Below the pieces are notes generated by a model. The model worked only from the letters and a program-made list of their open reading frames with translations. It ran no database searches and was not told where the DNA came from. The position numbers and the translations under genes are program-made. This document shows positions 20,601-33,100 of a DNA stretch of 64,000 nucleotides, in pieces (positions within the stretch are counted from its first letter, which is position 1; each line of letters starts with the position of its first letter). This DNA comes from a virus: the IMG/VR virus record IMGVR_UViG_3300025853_000043; one strand, given 5' to 3'.

Positions 20601-23600
20601 CATTGCGACACTTATTGCAACTAGAGCTTATTTCTTAGGTACAGCTAATTATTTGCCAGATGAACAAAAAGATATAACCGTTGCAGCATATGAACATTTA
20701 GCTCAAGTTGCAGCTGATTGTATAGAAGGTACAGCAGTTACTCCGTCTGTAGGAAACACAGAACCACAAGTTCTTGGCGGAGCATATGGTACATCTACAG
20801 AATCAGGTCAAGCTGTATTATTGTTTAGAATTCCAAAAAATGCAATTGACAACGGAACACTTGTAGGTACACCTGCTGAAATACAACCAGATTTTGCTTG
20901 GTTGCCAGCAACTATAAAATCAGCAGCAACAGACATGTTAGCTCAAAAAGTTAATATTCAAAACGGTGTTATTTCTTATATTACAGATAATTTAATTGAT
21001 TTTGAATATAATATTGTAAAGTGTAAAAGAGATACAGGATACATTATTGAAGCATTAATATATGATTTAATGTATGGTGGTAACAAACAAACACGTAGAG
21101 CTGCACAAGCATATTACAATGGTGCAATTTTAGGAGCAGCAAAAGTTGGTAATGCAGATCAAGTTTTAGTTACAGCATATTCATATTACTACTTAGGTGA
21201 TATATTAGCAAAAGTTGCAAAGAACGAAACGGTTACAAAAAGTTACAACAATACTGAAGTACAGGTAATTACAACACCCGATAGTGATGATACAACAGCA
21301 ACTAGAATTGAATTGTTAATTGATAGAATAGCTTTAAGTGTTCTTGAAGGATACACAACAGGTTGGCAAGAGAATAATCATAACTACGAATTAGGTAGTG
21401 GTGCTTACTTAACTGAAAGAAACACTATATTAGCAGACTTAGAAAGTATTGTAACAACAACAATTGACGACTTAAATGCTGAATACGGTGGTGAAGCAAC
21501 TATTACTATCTTCCCAGGTGTTATTAGTGTAACACAAGATAAAAAGGCAAATCTTTATAATGTTAGTACAATTTCTACATCGGGACATGCATTTGAATAT
21601 GTAGGTGCAGGTGTTGATTATAATGCTCTACCTTTCTTTGGCGGCACAGCAATTTCAGAAAACGAAATTGTACAACTTAACCAAGGTAAAGTATTTGCTG
21701 GTGGTACGGTTGACCAAATTGGTAACTTTAGAGTTGGTGACTTATTTGCAGTTAATGCTCTAACAGGTGCGATTGATCTAAATGCTAACCAAATTAGTTT
21801 AGAAGGCTTGACAAGTGTTGGTCCGTTTATTAGAAATGGTATTCCAGTTGGTGTCGAATTAAAAGAGGTTAGCGACAATACTAACTTACTTGCAAGTACA
21901 GGTACTCAAGACTTCCAAACTGCTCCTACACAAAGAGCTGTTGGAATTTATGTAGAAAATAGATATCTAAACAAATTAACTGGTGGTACGGTTACTGGTA
22001 ATATTGTATTGAACGGTGACTTTGATGTTAACGGTGATGTTATTAGTACTGATACAAGTGGTACATTTAACCTACTTAATACAAGTGCTACTACTATAGA
22101 AGCATTTGGTGATGCAACTACCATTAACATGGGTGCGCCTACAGGTACATTTACAATTAATCCAGATTTAGTTGTAGAAGGTGATTTAACCGTTAATGGT
22201 GATATTGTACTTACAGGTGATTACTCACTAAACATTCCAGATGAGAGCTTACAAGCGTATAGCATCAGTACTGAAGGTAGCTTAGACTACGTTAGTATTA
22301 ACACAAGAACAGACGAAGAAAAAATTACTTTTGGAGAAAGACCACAAGTTGAAATTCAAAATCTAATAGAGTCTACAAGCACTACAACAGGTGCATTAGT
22401 AGTTGATGGCGGTGTTGGAATAGCAAAAAGTTTGTATGTAGGTATTGATTTTACTGCTAATGGTAATGTTATTCTTGGCGATGATAGAGCAGTTGACACT
22501 CTTGATATTAATGCTACAACAGATATTGATGTTCCAGATAACGCAACCGATGTGTTTAGAATTCATGAAAATATTAATGATTACATTAGTATAAACACAA
22601 CAGATAATTCAGAAGTTGTAGAATTTGGCGCAACTCCTAATGTAATAATTCTAAATGCAGATGATGCTACTGATAATGTAACTGGTGCATTACAAGTTAC
22701 AGGTGGTATTAGCACTCAAGTTAACGTTCATGCAGGACAAGATATTGTTGCTGACAGAGACATAATTGCAGACAGAGATATTGAAGTAAATGGTACTAAT
22801 ATCATTACTGACGAAACTGGAACATTTAATGTCTTTAACACAAACGCAACTACAATCAATGCATTTGGCGATGCTACTGCAATCAACATTGGTGCAGATA
22901 CCGGTACATTAACCGTTGCAAACGAAATAACAATTTTTGATAGTGTGGAAGCAATCCAAATTCCAGTCGGTACTGATTTAGAACGTCCAACAGAAGCAAC
23001 AGGTCAAATACGTTTTAACACTGACAGCACAAGTTTTGAAGGCTATGACGGAACAGCGTGGGGTAGCTTAGGCGGAGTAAGAGATGTTGATCAAGATACA
23101 TTTATTAGACCAGAATCTACTCCAGGTGCAGACGAAGATACTATTACATTCCATACAAACGATGTTCAAAGGATGTCATTAGGCAATACTTTGTTAAACA
23201 TTGATGCTACCGTAAAAGTAACAATAGATAGCACAGAAGTATCATCTAATTATAACACAGGCGCATTAGTAGTAGCCGGAGGTGTTGGTATTGCTAAAGA
23301 CTTGTATGTTCAAGGATTTATTAGTGGTAATAATTCGGGTGTGTTACAGCTAACAGATCTTGCAAGTGACAAGATTTTAATCAAAGCTGACACAATTGAA
23401 TCTCCAGAATCTATTAAATGGATATCAAATGCACCTGATAGTGCAGCAGATGATATTGTTTATCCAATCAGTTTAGCACACCATAGTGTAAGCGGATCGC
23501 CAGCTGTTGGAAGCGGTACAGGACTAAGATTTGAACTTGAAACATCAAACAGCAATTATGAAATTGGCGGACAAATTGATTCAATTGTGCAAGACATAAC

Positions 23601-24063
23601 TGGAAACCAAGAAGACTTTGACATGGTATTCAGCACTATGAATTCTGGTTCTGTTACTGAAAAGTTTAGACTGAGTGAAAATACAGCAACAATTACAACA
23701 AGTTTACAAGTTAATCAAAACTTAACCGTAACAGGATTGTTAGACGCAGCAAGTATTACAGCAAGTATATATTCAGATGATAGTACTGAAATGCTTGATG
23801 CAATTAACAATAGACTTATTGTAACTACAGGTCAAATTGGTGAACTAACACTTACAACAGATCTTGAAGTACAATACGGTGGTACTGGTGTAAGCACATT
23901 TACAACAAATGGTATACTTTATGGTAACACAGCAGATCCAGTACAAGTTACAGATGCAGCAGGTACAAGTGATGCAAGCGAATCGTTCCAAATACTTACC
24001 GTAACAAGTGATGTTGATGCAACACCAGTTTGGACAGATACTATCGACGGTGGTAGCTTTTAA
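14674..24063 (+). CDS. Giant virion fibre/spike protein A (3129 aa): pectin-lyase-like beta-helix, ~12 helical repeats, fibre shaft
   Basis: VFYVTKDGSDDNDG...FATIKKAA, TSPYVQNCT, repeated KCxRD motifs, TGALVVxGGVGIAK repeats. Confidence 0.75.
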   Translation: MSFIKKQSLHKRKVGDKSFILTADGNIEMNLAAGKTFTVDADFIATGDVSGPKTENVFYVTKDGSDDNDGRSSDGKGAFATIKKAAEVAPSGSTIIVAPGDYFEENPITLKDFVTITGQGELRNTRLFPKNNTSDFFYMGNGCYLYQLTFRALRAPGWCVKIRPGALVTTSPYVQNCTNMNGPWLNDGTEFIPFETVQIEGIEPGARPLTLADNPSLPFDKQVNLTGGGGGMFVDGDEYDPASLVFSFVADAFTQIAQGGPGFEVTNFGYTQIVSCFSVFCSTGFKTTKGGYLSISNSVSDFGTFGCVADGFYPIAYTQAVPTEDYFSTVGSITINQPGVGYTSNPTITIESPDGAGGVTATATGQVDLTTGQLAAITITNNGSGYTSVPTVTITGGGATIQAEGTVNLTTNSVISLASLRDKPQTGSIIKFDDDDTYYYITANSITKTPFNYNEETCKRDVRRIVDAVTGDIVLGTYYQTTAAATSYLRSTSTKVILDQLEPTIYAIEAARDQMKARTTNLAMKEEIDQRFNIITTTLAAGDSTETEFVGSDFVNALNDINSIDNEIIEAKNNILANRDFIIEELTAYINDQFTELSYNQTKYTSEMSEFITSMAYYVGFNGSDHKVLRAAREWSNSRARFNDMMISSFRYLQQRFLALSEVQASAVAVTNVNEAFEQLANIIDEGDSAGITTEFPAAVGTNQNEIDARDQLIANMDFLKAEFIAYLDSINSTISYTQSKFEQDVENAVNSVIYDIMYGGNTATKKEADYYFNSETWSSNYTQVERQAIIDSWARTRFAMQRIVRGLSITPTTGNAQTQDFTSGTATQIEANIADSLIQYYETVLTDLALTNLPLDVLPLYDDESVLQQAAANTILAQRDNFIEDAIAYNLANNPTLTYDVSKCKRDVEYIIDAIYSDAQLGTNHRSITAGLAYQRANVAYLNTEQKPATIIAMREAKRLLVAAANGNSTFQTDVSNLFDVVLDIIEFNQLPSEGTVYPEPGPASTELINSTNQLIANKDFLVAEVIAKIAVDNFVYDQAKCERDTGIILDGVYYDAAFGTNYNAVTSGLAYQRGNSAKVISDQITETVGALTFAKGEAATALVSNTTAVSRSNAAFDEIIDIIQNGAEGTDQAADPLTFPNPTSATAAQIAAKDQLQNNRDFLAAEAVSYIQNNYQNFTYNSEKCERDVGLIMDAVALDVVLGTNFNAVTAGLAYQRASNDYLQDNQKIQTLSALRQLKKEIVEIGLSDDAEPLAEAAMDEVIDILENGVISTDTAADALVFPAPSSLPTANAVEAKDQLVANKEFIKDEIIAWIGVNYPALTYDAVKCERDVGYIIDALCHDILYGGNSATKIAAESYFVGAASQLGSGQQAATVAAYQRLKDVVGDVVMELSVVKSAGNALNQDTSGTPASSTEADDVEGLVQIIEDVIAAGNISGLPATQYPSLTWAANDLQEAYSQIKGNKEFVQERILIHIANNFQSFDYDEVKCRRDVGIMIEAVAYDAAIGTNYNSVTAGLAYQRANSSYVLSGQNLQTVLAIRYLRDQIAANGTLQSSFRSATTAGFNEIIDIIENGVVSTDTAADALVFPDPGIDANQVNAKDRMIANKEYAAKETSAFVTNNYPAVVFDSTKCERDVKYIIDALCYDIMYGGNLATKQAAESYFVGAASQLGAGQATATVAAYNELANLLSDIVQNIAHASNEQVVVTQDTSGSASDAGTGGEIQDLLQIIEDVIAAGNITNIPADSNTDITWTSVLNQDNFTSLVATTSDYQNLVINYIERTFTRTFTFNATKCNRDTKYIVDALTYDIIYGGNAATLDAARSYYVGTTSQVTGQQQETANALGWIKTLLGDVLLDVAVADPEQTAETQDVTAGAASATEVTRAETLLQIIQDVITDGLDQLPTETFPSTGWISAGIQTAIDNLVSEKTTIVNDTISYIETTYNGFSYDIDKCSRDTGYIIDAVTHDLLYQGNIATLIATRAYFLGTANYLPDEQKDITVAAYEHLAQVAADCIEGTAVTPSVGNTEPQVLGGAYGTSTESGQAVLLFRIPKNAIDNGTLVGTPAEIQPDFAWLPATIKSAATDMLAQKVNIQNGVISYITDNLIDFEYNIVKCKRDTGYIIEALIYDLMYGGNKQTRRAAQAYYNGAILGAAKVGNADQVLVTAYSYYYLGDILAKVAKNETVTKSYNNTEVQVITTPDSDDTTATRIELLIDRIALSVLEGYTTGWQENNHNYELGSGAYLTERNTILADLESIVTTTIDDLNAEYGGEATITIFPGVISVTQDKKANLYNVSTISTSGHAFEYVGAGVDYNALPFFGGTAISENEIVQLNQGKVFAGGTVDQIGNFRVGDLFAVNALTGAIDLNANQISLEGLTSVGPFIRNGIPVGVELKEVSDNTNLLASTGTQDFQTAPTQRAVGIYVENRYLNKLTGGTVTGNIVLNGDFDVNGDVISTDTSGTFNLLNTSATTIEAFGDATTINMGAPTGTFTINPDLVVEGDLTVNGDIVLTGDYSLNIPDESLQAYSISTEGSLDYVSINTRTDEEKITFGERPQVEIQNLIESTSTTTGALVVDGGVGIAKSLYVGIDFTANGNVILGDDRAVDTLDINATTDIDVPDNATDVFRIHENINDYISINTTDNSEVVEFGATPNVIILNADDATDNVTGALQVTGGISTQVNVHAGQDIVADRDIIADRDIEVNGTNIITDETGTFNVFNTNATTINAFGDATAINIGADTGTLTVANEITIFDSVEAIQIPVGTDLERPTEATGQIRFNTDSTSFEGYDGTAWGSLGGVRDVDQDTFIRPESTPGADEDTITFHTNDVQRMSLGNTLLNIDATVKVTIDSTEVSSNYNTGALVVAGGVGIAKDLYVQGFISGNNSGVLQLTDLASDKILIKADTIESPESIKWISNAPDSAADDIVYPISLAHHSVSGSPAVGSGTGLRFELETSNSNYEIGGQIDSIVQDITGNQEDFDMVFSTMNSGSVTEKFRLSENTATITTSLQVNQNLTVTGLLDAASITASIYSDDSTEMLDAINNRLIVTTGQIGELTLTTDLEVQYGGTGVSTFTTNGILYGNTADPVQVTDAAGTSDASESFQILTVTSDVDATPVWTDTIDGGSF
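16030..21120 (+). repeat. Tandem ~138-162-aa protein repeats Y(D/N)xxKCxRDxxxIxDAxxxD(LGTN/YGGN)
   Basis: Cys codons at 17386, 17800, 18232, 18664, 19147, 19576, 20062, 20539 and 21022, plus one near 16044 and two degenerate copies. Confidence 0.85.
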
Positions 24064-24087
24064 TTAAGCTACTACTTTTTCTCCTAT

Positions 24088-24095
24088 GATAAATA
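24088..24095 (+). promoter_or_regulatory. Late promoter GATAAATA
   Basis: Upstream of the 3617-aa gene. Confidence 0.65.
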
Positions 24096-24172
24096 ACATT
24101 ACAGCGATTTCTATCGTGTAGTTTTGGGCGTCTATATAGACCTGACCCGTACCTAAATAGGAGGCATGCCGA

Positions 24173-27100
24173 ATGGCAACAACAATTAGACACAAGCGAA
24201 GTGCGGTCGCGGGTAAGCAACCGTTAGTTTCTCAATTAGAATCAGGCGAATTAGCAATTAATACAGCAGATGGTAAAGTATACCTATTGCGTGATGATAA
24301 TACCGTACAAGATATTACTAAAAGAATTTTTGAAGGTAACTCAGAAGTAAAAGTTGATGACCTTGGCGATAGTACGGTAGCTCAAATTAGTGCTACGGTT
24401 AATGGTAATGAAGCATTAACAATCACTAATGCAGGATTTAATTTTAAAAATAATATAGATATTGAAAATGCAGGTACCTTAACTTTTAGAGAACTTACAG
24501 CTTCAGGTGAAGACGGTGTAACTTTACAGCCTCCAAGTACACTAGACGCAGGTTATACTTTAACATTGCCACCTAACAAAGGTTCAGTCGGACAAATTTT
24601 AGCAGTTAATGCTAGTGGAGAATTGTTTTTTAATGACGCAGATATTTTTGGCGGAAACGTTCTCTATGTTTCGCAAGAGCAAGGTGACGATGAAAACGAT
24701 GGACAAAGTGCTCCAGTTAAAACGGTTAAACGTGCATGTCAAATTGCCTCAGGACTAGTTTATAATTCAGATGGTAGTATCAACTTCCGTAGAATCAACA
24801 TCAAAGTTGCGGTTGGCGATTATACTGAACAAAACCCAATCATTGTTCCTGATAACACGGTTATTAAAGGTGATGGTTTGCGTGGTTGTATTATTCGCCC
24901 TGCAAACGCTAACTTAGATATTCTACGTGTCAGAAACGCTTGTTACTTTGGTGAATTTACTTTCCGTGATGGTGTCGACGATAACTTCGTGCCATTGATT
25001 ACAGGTGATTATTGTGTTGCATTTGATGATCCGGATGCAGTAGATGTGACAGATAGAAATACCTATCCAAACTTACCTAATACTAAACCAACTATTACAA
25101 CATCACCATATATTCAAAACTGCTCTATTCTTTCTTTCCTTGGGTTAAATGGTGCTAAGATCGATGGTAGTAAAGTTGAATCTCCTAACGTTCCTGTTAA
25201 CCAAATTGAAGCAGAAAATCCAGTTGTTGGCGCAATACCTGAACAAGGTAAATCGATGGTTGCCAACGCATTTACCATGCTTTCGTTTGGTGGTACTGGG
25301 TGGCGACTAACTAACGATGCTTATGCACAGATCGTTTCGTGTTTCCAAATTTTCTTGCTTAACGGTGTGTATACACAATCAGGTGGTTATTGTTCAATTA
25401 CTAACTCTGCTACAAACTTTGGTTTGTATGCTCTACGTTCAAGTGGTTATTCTCCAAAAGCATTCTCTTTTGACCGTTCGTTTGTAACTCAAACTGGTTC
25501 TAGTGAAGGTAAACAAACGGTTAGTGTTGTTGGTATTAATAGAGATGCTCCTGTTGAAGAATTTATTTTACGTTTTAGAGATCCAGATTATAAAACTGCT
25601 CATGATTTACTTCTTTCAAATAAACTATCTATTGCAGAAGATACGGTAACATGGATTAATGCACAAATTGCAGCTTCATCACCTAGTATATGGGCTGGAT
25701 TTACATATAATGAAGACAAGTGTCGTAGAGATACTAGACTATTAGTTGATTCTATTAGATATGATATTATTTTTAATAGCAATTATAGAACAATCAGTTC
25801 TGCACTTCGTTATTTTAGTGGAAGTTTTACAAATTTTGCAGACCAAAAAGATCAACATATTGCAGCGTTTGCACAAGCAAAAGCATACACAGCAAATATA
25901 TTAAATGATGCAACTGCAACAAGTAGATCAAATGCACTTTGGGATGAAATTATTGACATTTTAACAAATGGTGATGCAAATACCGTTCCAGGCGATGCTG
26001 TTGCTGATGCTTATAGTTTTCCTGATCCGACTAACTATAACACATCTTACCTAGTAGGATATGGTGATGCAAGAGATCAACTGCAAGCAAACAAACAATT
26101 TATTATTGATGAAATAACAGCTTGGATCGCTGTTCAAGTTGCTGCTGAAACTCCTCCTTTTGCTGGTTCATTTACATATGACGCAGCAAAATGTGAAAGA
26201 GACGTAGGATTAATTATAGACGCATTAATTTATGATATTACATATGGCGGCAACTTACAAACAAAACGTGCAGCAGAAGCATACTTTGTTGGCACAACTG
26301 CACAATACGGAGCAAACCAAAAAGAAGAAACTATTGCAGCTTACGAAAGACTTAGAGACGTAATAGCTGATGTTATTTTAGAAGTAGCAGTTACTAAATC
26401 AACAGGTAATGCTCAAACACAAGATACAAGTAATACAGCAGGTAGTGCAGCAAGTAAAACATTTGCAGTGGCTAGAATTCAAGAAATTATTGATTTTATT
26501 GATGGTGGTGGTGTAAACGAAGTAACAACTATCGAGCCAGGCACAGATTGGGTTTCAGGTAATAATGAATTTGAAGCATATAATAGACTTAACAACGAGG
26601 GTGCTGTTAATATTGCTCAAAATACAACTGAATGGATCAATGAACAAATTCAAGCCAATATTTGGTATGGATTTACATACGATCAATCTAAGTGTCAACG
26701 TGATACACAATTGATTGTTGAAGCTGTTGCAAAAGATACTTGGGATACTGGTAACAGATATTCACGTAGTGCTGGCCTATCTTATTATACACAAAACTTA
26801 CAAGACTCGACTAGAATAAGCATTAGTGGACAAGAATTACAAACAATTGCAGCTATTGATCAAGCAGCAGTATATGCTAACACGTACATTACTAGTACAA
26901 GTATTGCTGTACAAGATTTTGTTAATACTAGATTTGGAATCGTTACAACGGTTATTAATGATCCAAATGATTTACCACAACCAACTGAAGTAAGTAGTGA
27001 AGGTGATATTACAAACTCTTACAAAACAACACCAACAGAAACAACGTTTAATGCTGCTACAAACGTAAACGCTGATACAAATATTTTTACTATTACTAGT

Positions 27101-30100
27101 CATGGATTTACTAATGGACAAAAATTAATTTATGATTCTGATGGTAATACTCCTATTGTTGGACTTGATAACGAACAAACATATTATGTTAAAATTTTAG
27201 ATGCAAACGAGTTTACTCTTACGTTTGACGAATCAGGAGATTTTGATGTTGATATTAGAGCAGTAGGTGCAAATACTCACAAGTTCTTCTCAAATGTTAT
27301 TGAATTTTTTGTTGAAGAAGTTTTAAGTTCACATCAAACATATCAAACACTTATATTAGAATCGGGCGCAGAAAGTTATAACTTTGTTCCAGGTAGACAA
27401 ATTTCAGGTACTACAGGTGCTAACAACAATAGTGCTCTTGTTTATGAATGGGAACCAAGAGATCGCAGACTTGTTGTAAGTGTTGAAGAAGTAAGTGTTG
27501 GTGCGTCTACATTACGAGTTCAATTTGACGAAACAAGTATTATTAGTAGTGACCATTCACCAAGTCCTAACAACACAATTTCAATTAACGAAGTTGCTGC
27601 TAAAACTGGTTTAGGTACAGCAACATTTAGTATTACAGCTACAGATGGTAGTGCAAGTTTAACTAATCTAGTTAACTTGCCAGAAAAACAATGTTGGTTC
27701 CATAGACCAAGTATTGTTAACTCATCATCGCATACTTGGGAATATGCAGGTTCGGGTACAGACTATAACGCTCTACCACAGAACGGTGGTAATACAAAAG
27801 AAGAATTTGAACAATTCGAAGAACTGCCAGGGCGTGTGTACTCATCAGGTACAAACGAACTTGGTGACTTTAAAGTTGGTGACTTTATTACAGCGTTCAA
27901 CAGAACTGGTAACATTACATTTAGAAACAAAGTTCAGGTGGATGAACTTGATGCTTTGAGACTGAGCTTGTCAGATGTTGCTATTGAAGAAATCTCAACA
28001 AGTGTTAACTTAGGTGACGACGAACTTGGTGGCCCGAGTGATTCACGCATGGTTACTCAGCTTGCTGTTAGATCGTTTATTTCCAACAGACTAGGTGGCT
28101 TTGTTGATAAGTCAGTTTCAACTGCGGCTGTTCCTGGTGCTATTGTTCAATTGAATACAAACGGTCAGCTTAATCCTGACTTGATTCCAGCAACACGTCA
28201 GTTTACAAACACAAACTCAAATGGTTATTTAAGTAGACTACTATTGATTAACACTATTCCTGCAACAGACTTAAAAGCTGGTGATATTGGTACTGAAAAT
28301 TATGAACAAGTTGAATTAATTCTTAGTGGAAACATCACAGCAGCTGATGGCGCCACAATCACACAACCTGGTGTTGACGGTGCAATTGGTTATGCTAAAG
28401 GTTCGTATAGTGCTAGTGGAAACATTCTTGTTGCAACAATCGGCGAAGCATGGGATGCCAACGAAGATAGTACAGGCGATCCATGGGAAGTAAGCGCAGG
28501 AAACTTATTTGTGAATGGCGTAGACAGCGGTGTAAATATAAGTTCAAAAGGCGTTAGTAGTGAAATTATTGACAATTTCTTCTTACGTAGTAGTAATTCA
28601 AGTCAGTATCTAGTATTAGATGTAGACGACACATATAACTTTACTACAGGAGTTACTATCAGTAACTTGGCAAGAACTAGTAATGTTGTTACCGTAACAA
28701 CTAGCACTGCTCATGGATTTAAAATTGGAAACGTGGCTAGAGTTTATACTAGCGACGACGAAACATTCATACAAAACGGAGAAGTTTTAACCGTTCCTAC
28801 TAGTACTTCATTTACAATTGCAAATACAGGTATAGATGTTAGTAGTTTTGCAGTTACAGATGGAAAGGTTTACACAATTGTTACATCTGCTGATGGAAAT
28901 GCTCAAGGTGCTGTTACAGAATCTAGATTTGGCGTATTAACTAATATTGATAATACAAGCATCACAGCTGGTAGTGGTTATCTACCATCTGGAGGTACTC
29001 TAGTGTACAAAGATGTTCCTTTGACTGCAAACACAGGCGTAGGAACTGGTGCTACAGCTGATATTACGGTTACAGCAGGAGCTGTTACAGATGTTGATAT
29101 TGCAACTGGTGGTAGTGGATATGCAGTAGGAGATTTATTAAGTGCAAATAATTCTAATTTAGGAGGCGCAGGCTCTAGCTTCGAATGTGAAGTTGTAAGT
29201 GTAGAAAAACGTGCATATGTTGATATTTTAGGAGGTGAATTATTTGTTGCTAGTGCATCAAGTATTGACTTTGTTGAAGATAATGATAGTGTTGACACAA
29301 AGAAAACTATTAACCTAGATGATACAAGAGGATTTAATTTCTTAGCAGGTACTACAGGCGGCGGCGGTGCTGTTGACTATATTGATTACAGAATTAATAT
29401 TCCAAATCATGGATTTACAAGCGGTGATCCTTTAAAATATGATACATTAGGCAATGTTGCAATTGGTGGGTTGTTGAATGGAAATGTATATTATGCAAAA
29501 AGTATCGACGCAAATAATATAGAATTATACGAAGGATTTTCTCTTTTAAACAAAGTTGAATTTACTAGTACACCTGCAAACAACAACCATAATTTGACTA
29601 GATATGTAGTTAATGTTGTTGATAATAGTATTTTAGTTGAAGGACATGGATTAACAACAGGCGATGCTATCAGAATTGAAAGTTTAGACGACGGTTCTAG
29701 TGCAAATGTTCTTCCTGATATCACAGGAGACGCAATTACTAGTGGTAGTAGATTCTTTGTAGGATCTGTAACAACTAATTCATTTACTTTGCACGAACTT
29801 AGAAGTGATGCATTGAGCAGTATTAATGACCTAGTAACAAACGCTAAAGATATCGACGATGTAGGTGTAGGTAGTGCAGATATTATTGCAAACAACGTTA
29901 GTGTACAGGCAGTTGTAAACACATCGAGTAAAACAAAAGATAACTGGAGTACACTTGCTGTCACAAACATTGATGCAGAAAATATTATTTCAGGTACTAT
30001 TTCTCCATCACGCTTAGGTGCAAGTGGTACACCAAACAGCGATACAGCATTATTTGGTGATAGTGGATACAAGGTTGTTGTGCAAACACTGAAAAAAGCA

Positions 30101-33100
30101 ACAACAACAGACAATCCAATTACACTTACAGGCTCAAGTATAGGTGCAGAATTCTATGGTGATCCTGTAAACATTGGTATTGCAAACGTTGATTTTGATG
30201 CACTTGCAACATTCTCAAAACTAGGTACAGCAAGATTCTTACAAACACAATTTGATGTTGCAAGTGATGGTAGCGGACAAGTGTTTATCAAAGACGGTGT
30301 AGTAGATGCTGGTACACTTGACGGACTTGATAGTAGTTATTTCTTAAACCCTGCTAACTTAACTAGCCTTGTACCAGTTACAAGAGGTGGTACTGCTATC
30401 GGTACATATGCTATAGGTGATATACTTTATGCACAATCTTCAGGTTCATTAAATACTCTAAATATAGGTAGAGCAAATAACTTCTTAAAGTCAAATGGTA
30501 CTACACCAGAATGGGGTACAGCACTTGACTTGTCAGAAGGTTTGGACGTTGGATCTGCAAAACTAAGCTCAACTAGTACAGGTACAGGTAGCTTATATAA
30601 TGAAAATGTAACAAGTTTAGATATTGGCGGCGCAGCAACAAATATTAAAATTGGTAGTGTTGATGTAACTAGAAACTTGTTACCATTTATTGATGGGTAC
30701 GAAGCTACTATTTCTCAAAGTGTTGTTGTTAATTTAGGAAGTTTAACTGCTAACACAAATGATCCAGTAGCCAACGGTGAAACTGAAGTTCCAATGGCAG
30801 ACACAAGCTCAATACTTGTTGGTATGCTTGTTACTGGCAGTGGTAGTATTCCTGCAAATACAACGGTTAGTGGTGTTACAGATGATTACATTTACTTGAG
30901 TGCAAATACAACAGGAACTATCTTTAGTGGTACTACACTAACCTTTACTTATACACCGTTTACAATTGGTGTACGTGATGGTGATACTATCAACTTAAAC
31001 GGCACAACGGTAACTAATTTAGACGGTAGCTGGCCTGTAATTGGTGCAACAAGTATTGCTACATCATTTACAATTAGAACAACATCTAATGTGACAGCTG
31101 ATCCTAATGATGTTGTACAAGGTACAGCTACTATTGATGCTAACATGGTTATTAAAACACCAAAAGTTATTATTGGTGCTGCTGAAGCAAGTACAAGTCC
31201 AACAAATGCATCACTAGAAGGTAGTGATGGTATTGGTACTGATGTTGCTGGCGGATCTATGACAATTGAAGCAGGTATCGGTACAGGTAATTCAACAGGC
31301 GCAGATATTATCTTTAAAACAGGTGAAGTTTCTACTACAAGCAATAATCCTCAAACATCAACAGAACGTTTGAGAATTGATACTAGTGGTAAAGCAACCT
31401 TCACTGGTGAAGTAGAAGTTAACAACACTATTAGTACAACTGAAACCACGGTTGCTCTTTTAGACGATACTGCAACTACAATTAATATGGGCGGCGCTGC
31501 AACTACCGTCGAAATTGGTGCAGCTACAGGTACAACTACAATCCATAACAATGTTGATATTGATTTAGATTTAAATGTAGATGGTAGTGATATAACAACT
31601 AATCAAACAGGTACATTTAATCTGATTAATACAAACGCTACAACACTTAACATAGGTGGTGCAGCTACAACAATTAACATGGGTACAGGTGGTGATGGCG
31701 GTGGTACTACTACTATTGGACATGATTTAGTTGTTACAGGCGATCTTACCGTAAACGGCAATACAACAACAATCAATAGTACAACATTGACCGTTGATGA
31801 CTTGAATATCGTTATAGCAAGTGGTGCTGCAAGTGCAGCAGCAGCTAATGGTGCTGGATTAACAATTGATGGTGCAAATGTAACATTTACATATGACAGC
31901 GGTCAAGATAGAATGGATCTTAATGAAGATCTAAACTTAGAATCTGGTAACGCATTCTTTATAAATGATCAAAGTGTGTTAAATGCCACAACACTTGGTG
32001 CAGCAGTAGTAAACTCTAGTTTACAAACACTAGGTACAATTAGTACAGGTATATGGCAAGGTACAATTATTTCTCCAACCTACGGTGGTACAGGAATAAA
32101 CAATGGTACTAAAACTATTACTTTAGGCGGAAATTTAACAACAAGTGGTGCATTTAATAGTACATTTACTATGACAGGTGCAACAAGTGTTACATTCCCA
32201 ACAAGCGGTACACTTGCAATTACAGGTAATCCGTTAAGTCAGTTTGCGTCTACAACAAGTGCTCAATTACGTGGAGTGTTAAGTGACGAAACAGGTACAG
32301 GTGTTGCAGTGTTTGGTACAAGTCCAACATTTACAACAGGTATTAATGCTGCAAGCACAACTATGGCATTGTTTGATACAACAGCAACTACATTAAACTT
32401 AGCTAGAGCTGCAACATCAATTACAATAGGTGCTACAACAGGTACTACAAACATTAGACATAACTTAAATGTTACAGGCGATCTAGACATAGATGGTGGT
32501 GACTTAACATTTAGTGATGCAAGTATTAATATTGCAAACACTACACCAACTACAATTACCATGGGTAATGCAGCAACAACATTTACATTAGGTGCTACAA
32601 CAGGTACTTTAACCGTTAGAAATGCTACTACAACACTTAATGGTAATTTGAACGTTAACGGAAACACAATTGATACTGACGAAACAGGTACATTTAATCT
32701 TGTAAAAGATAACGTAACAACGTTAGCATTTGCACAAGCAGCAACTGAAATAGTTGTTGGCGAAACCAAAGCAGCAGCAGATCTTGCTGGTGCGCTAGGT
32801 GAAATGGTTGTTAGACTAGATTTACGAACCAATAACGACATGTACATTGATGGTGATCTATTTGTTAGCCAAATTAACAACACACCAATTGGTAACGTAA
32901 CTCCGAGTACAGGTGCATTTACTACACTTGCTGCAAATAACTTTGTAACATTCACTGATGCAACAAATGCAACAGGTGCAACATTTGCAACAGGAACAGC
33001 AGCAGTAAAAATTACAGGCGGGTTGTACGTTGCAAAAGATATACGTGCAGATAATTTTATTGGTGATATGGATGCTAGTTACTTAACAAGTGGTATAATT

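Noticed and set aside
24081-24163. CTCCTAT upstream of the late promoter complementary to the SD ATAGGAG (T4-style RBS occlusion)
   Set aside because: Only 7-8 bp across ~70 nt, and upstream transcription is also late, so the regulatory logic is weak.
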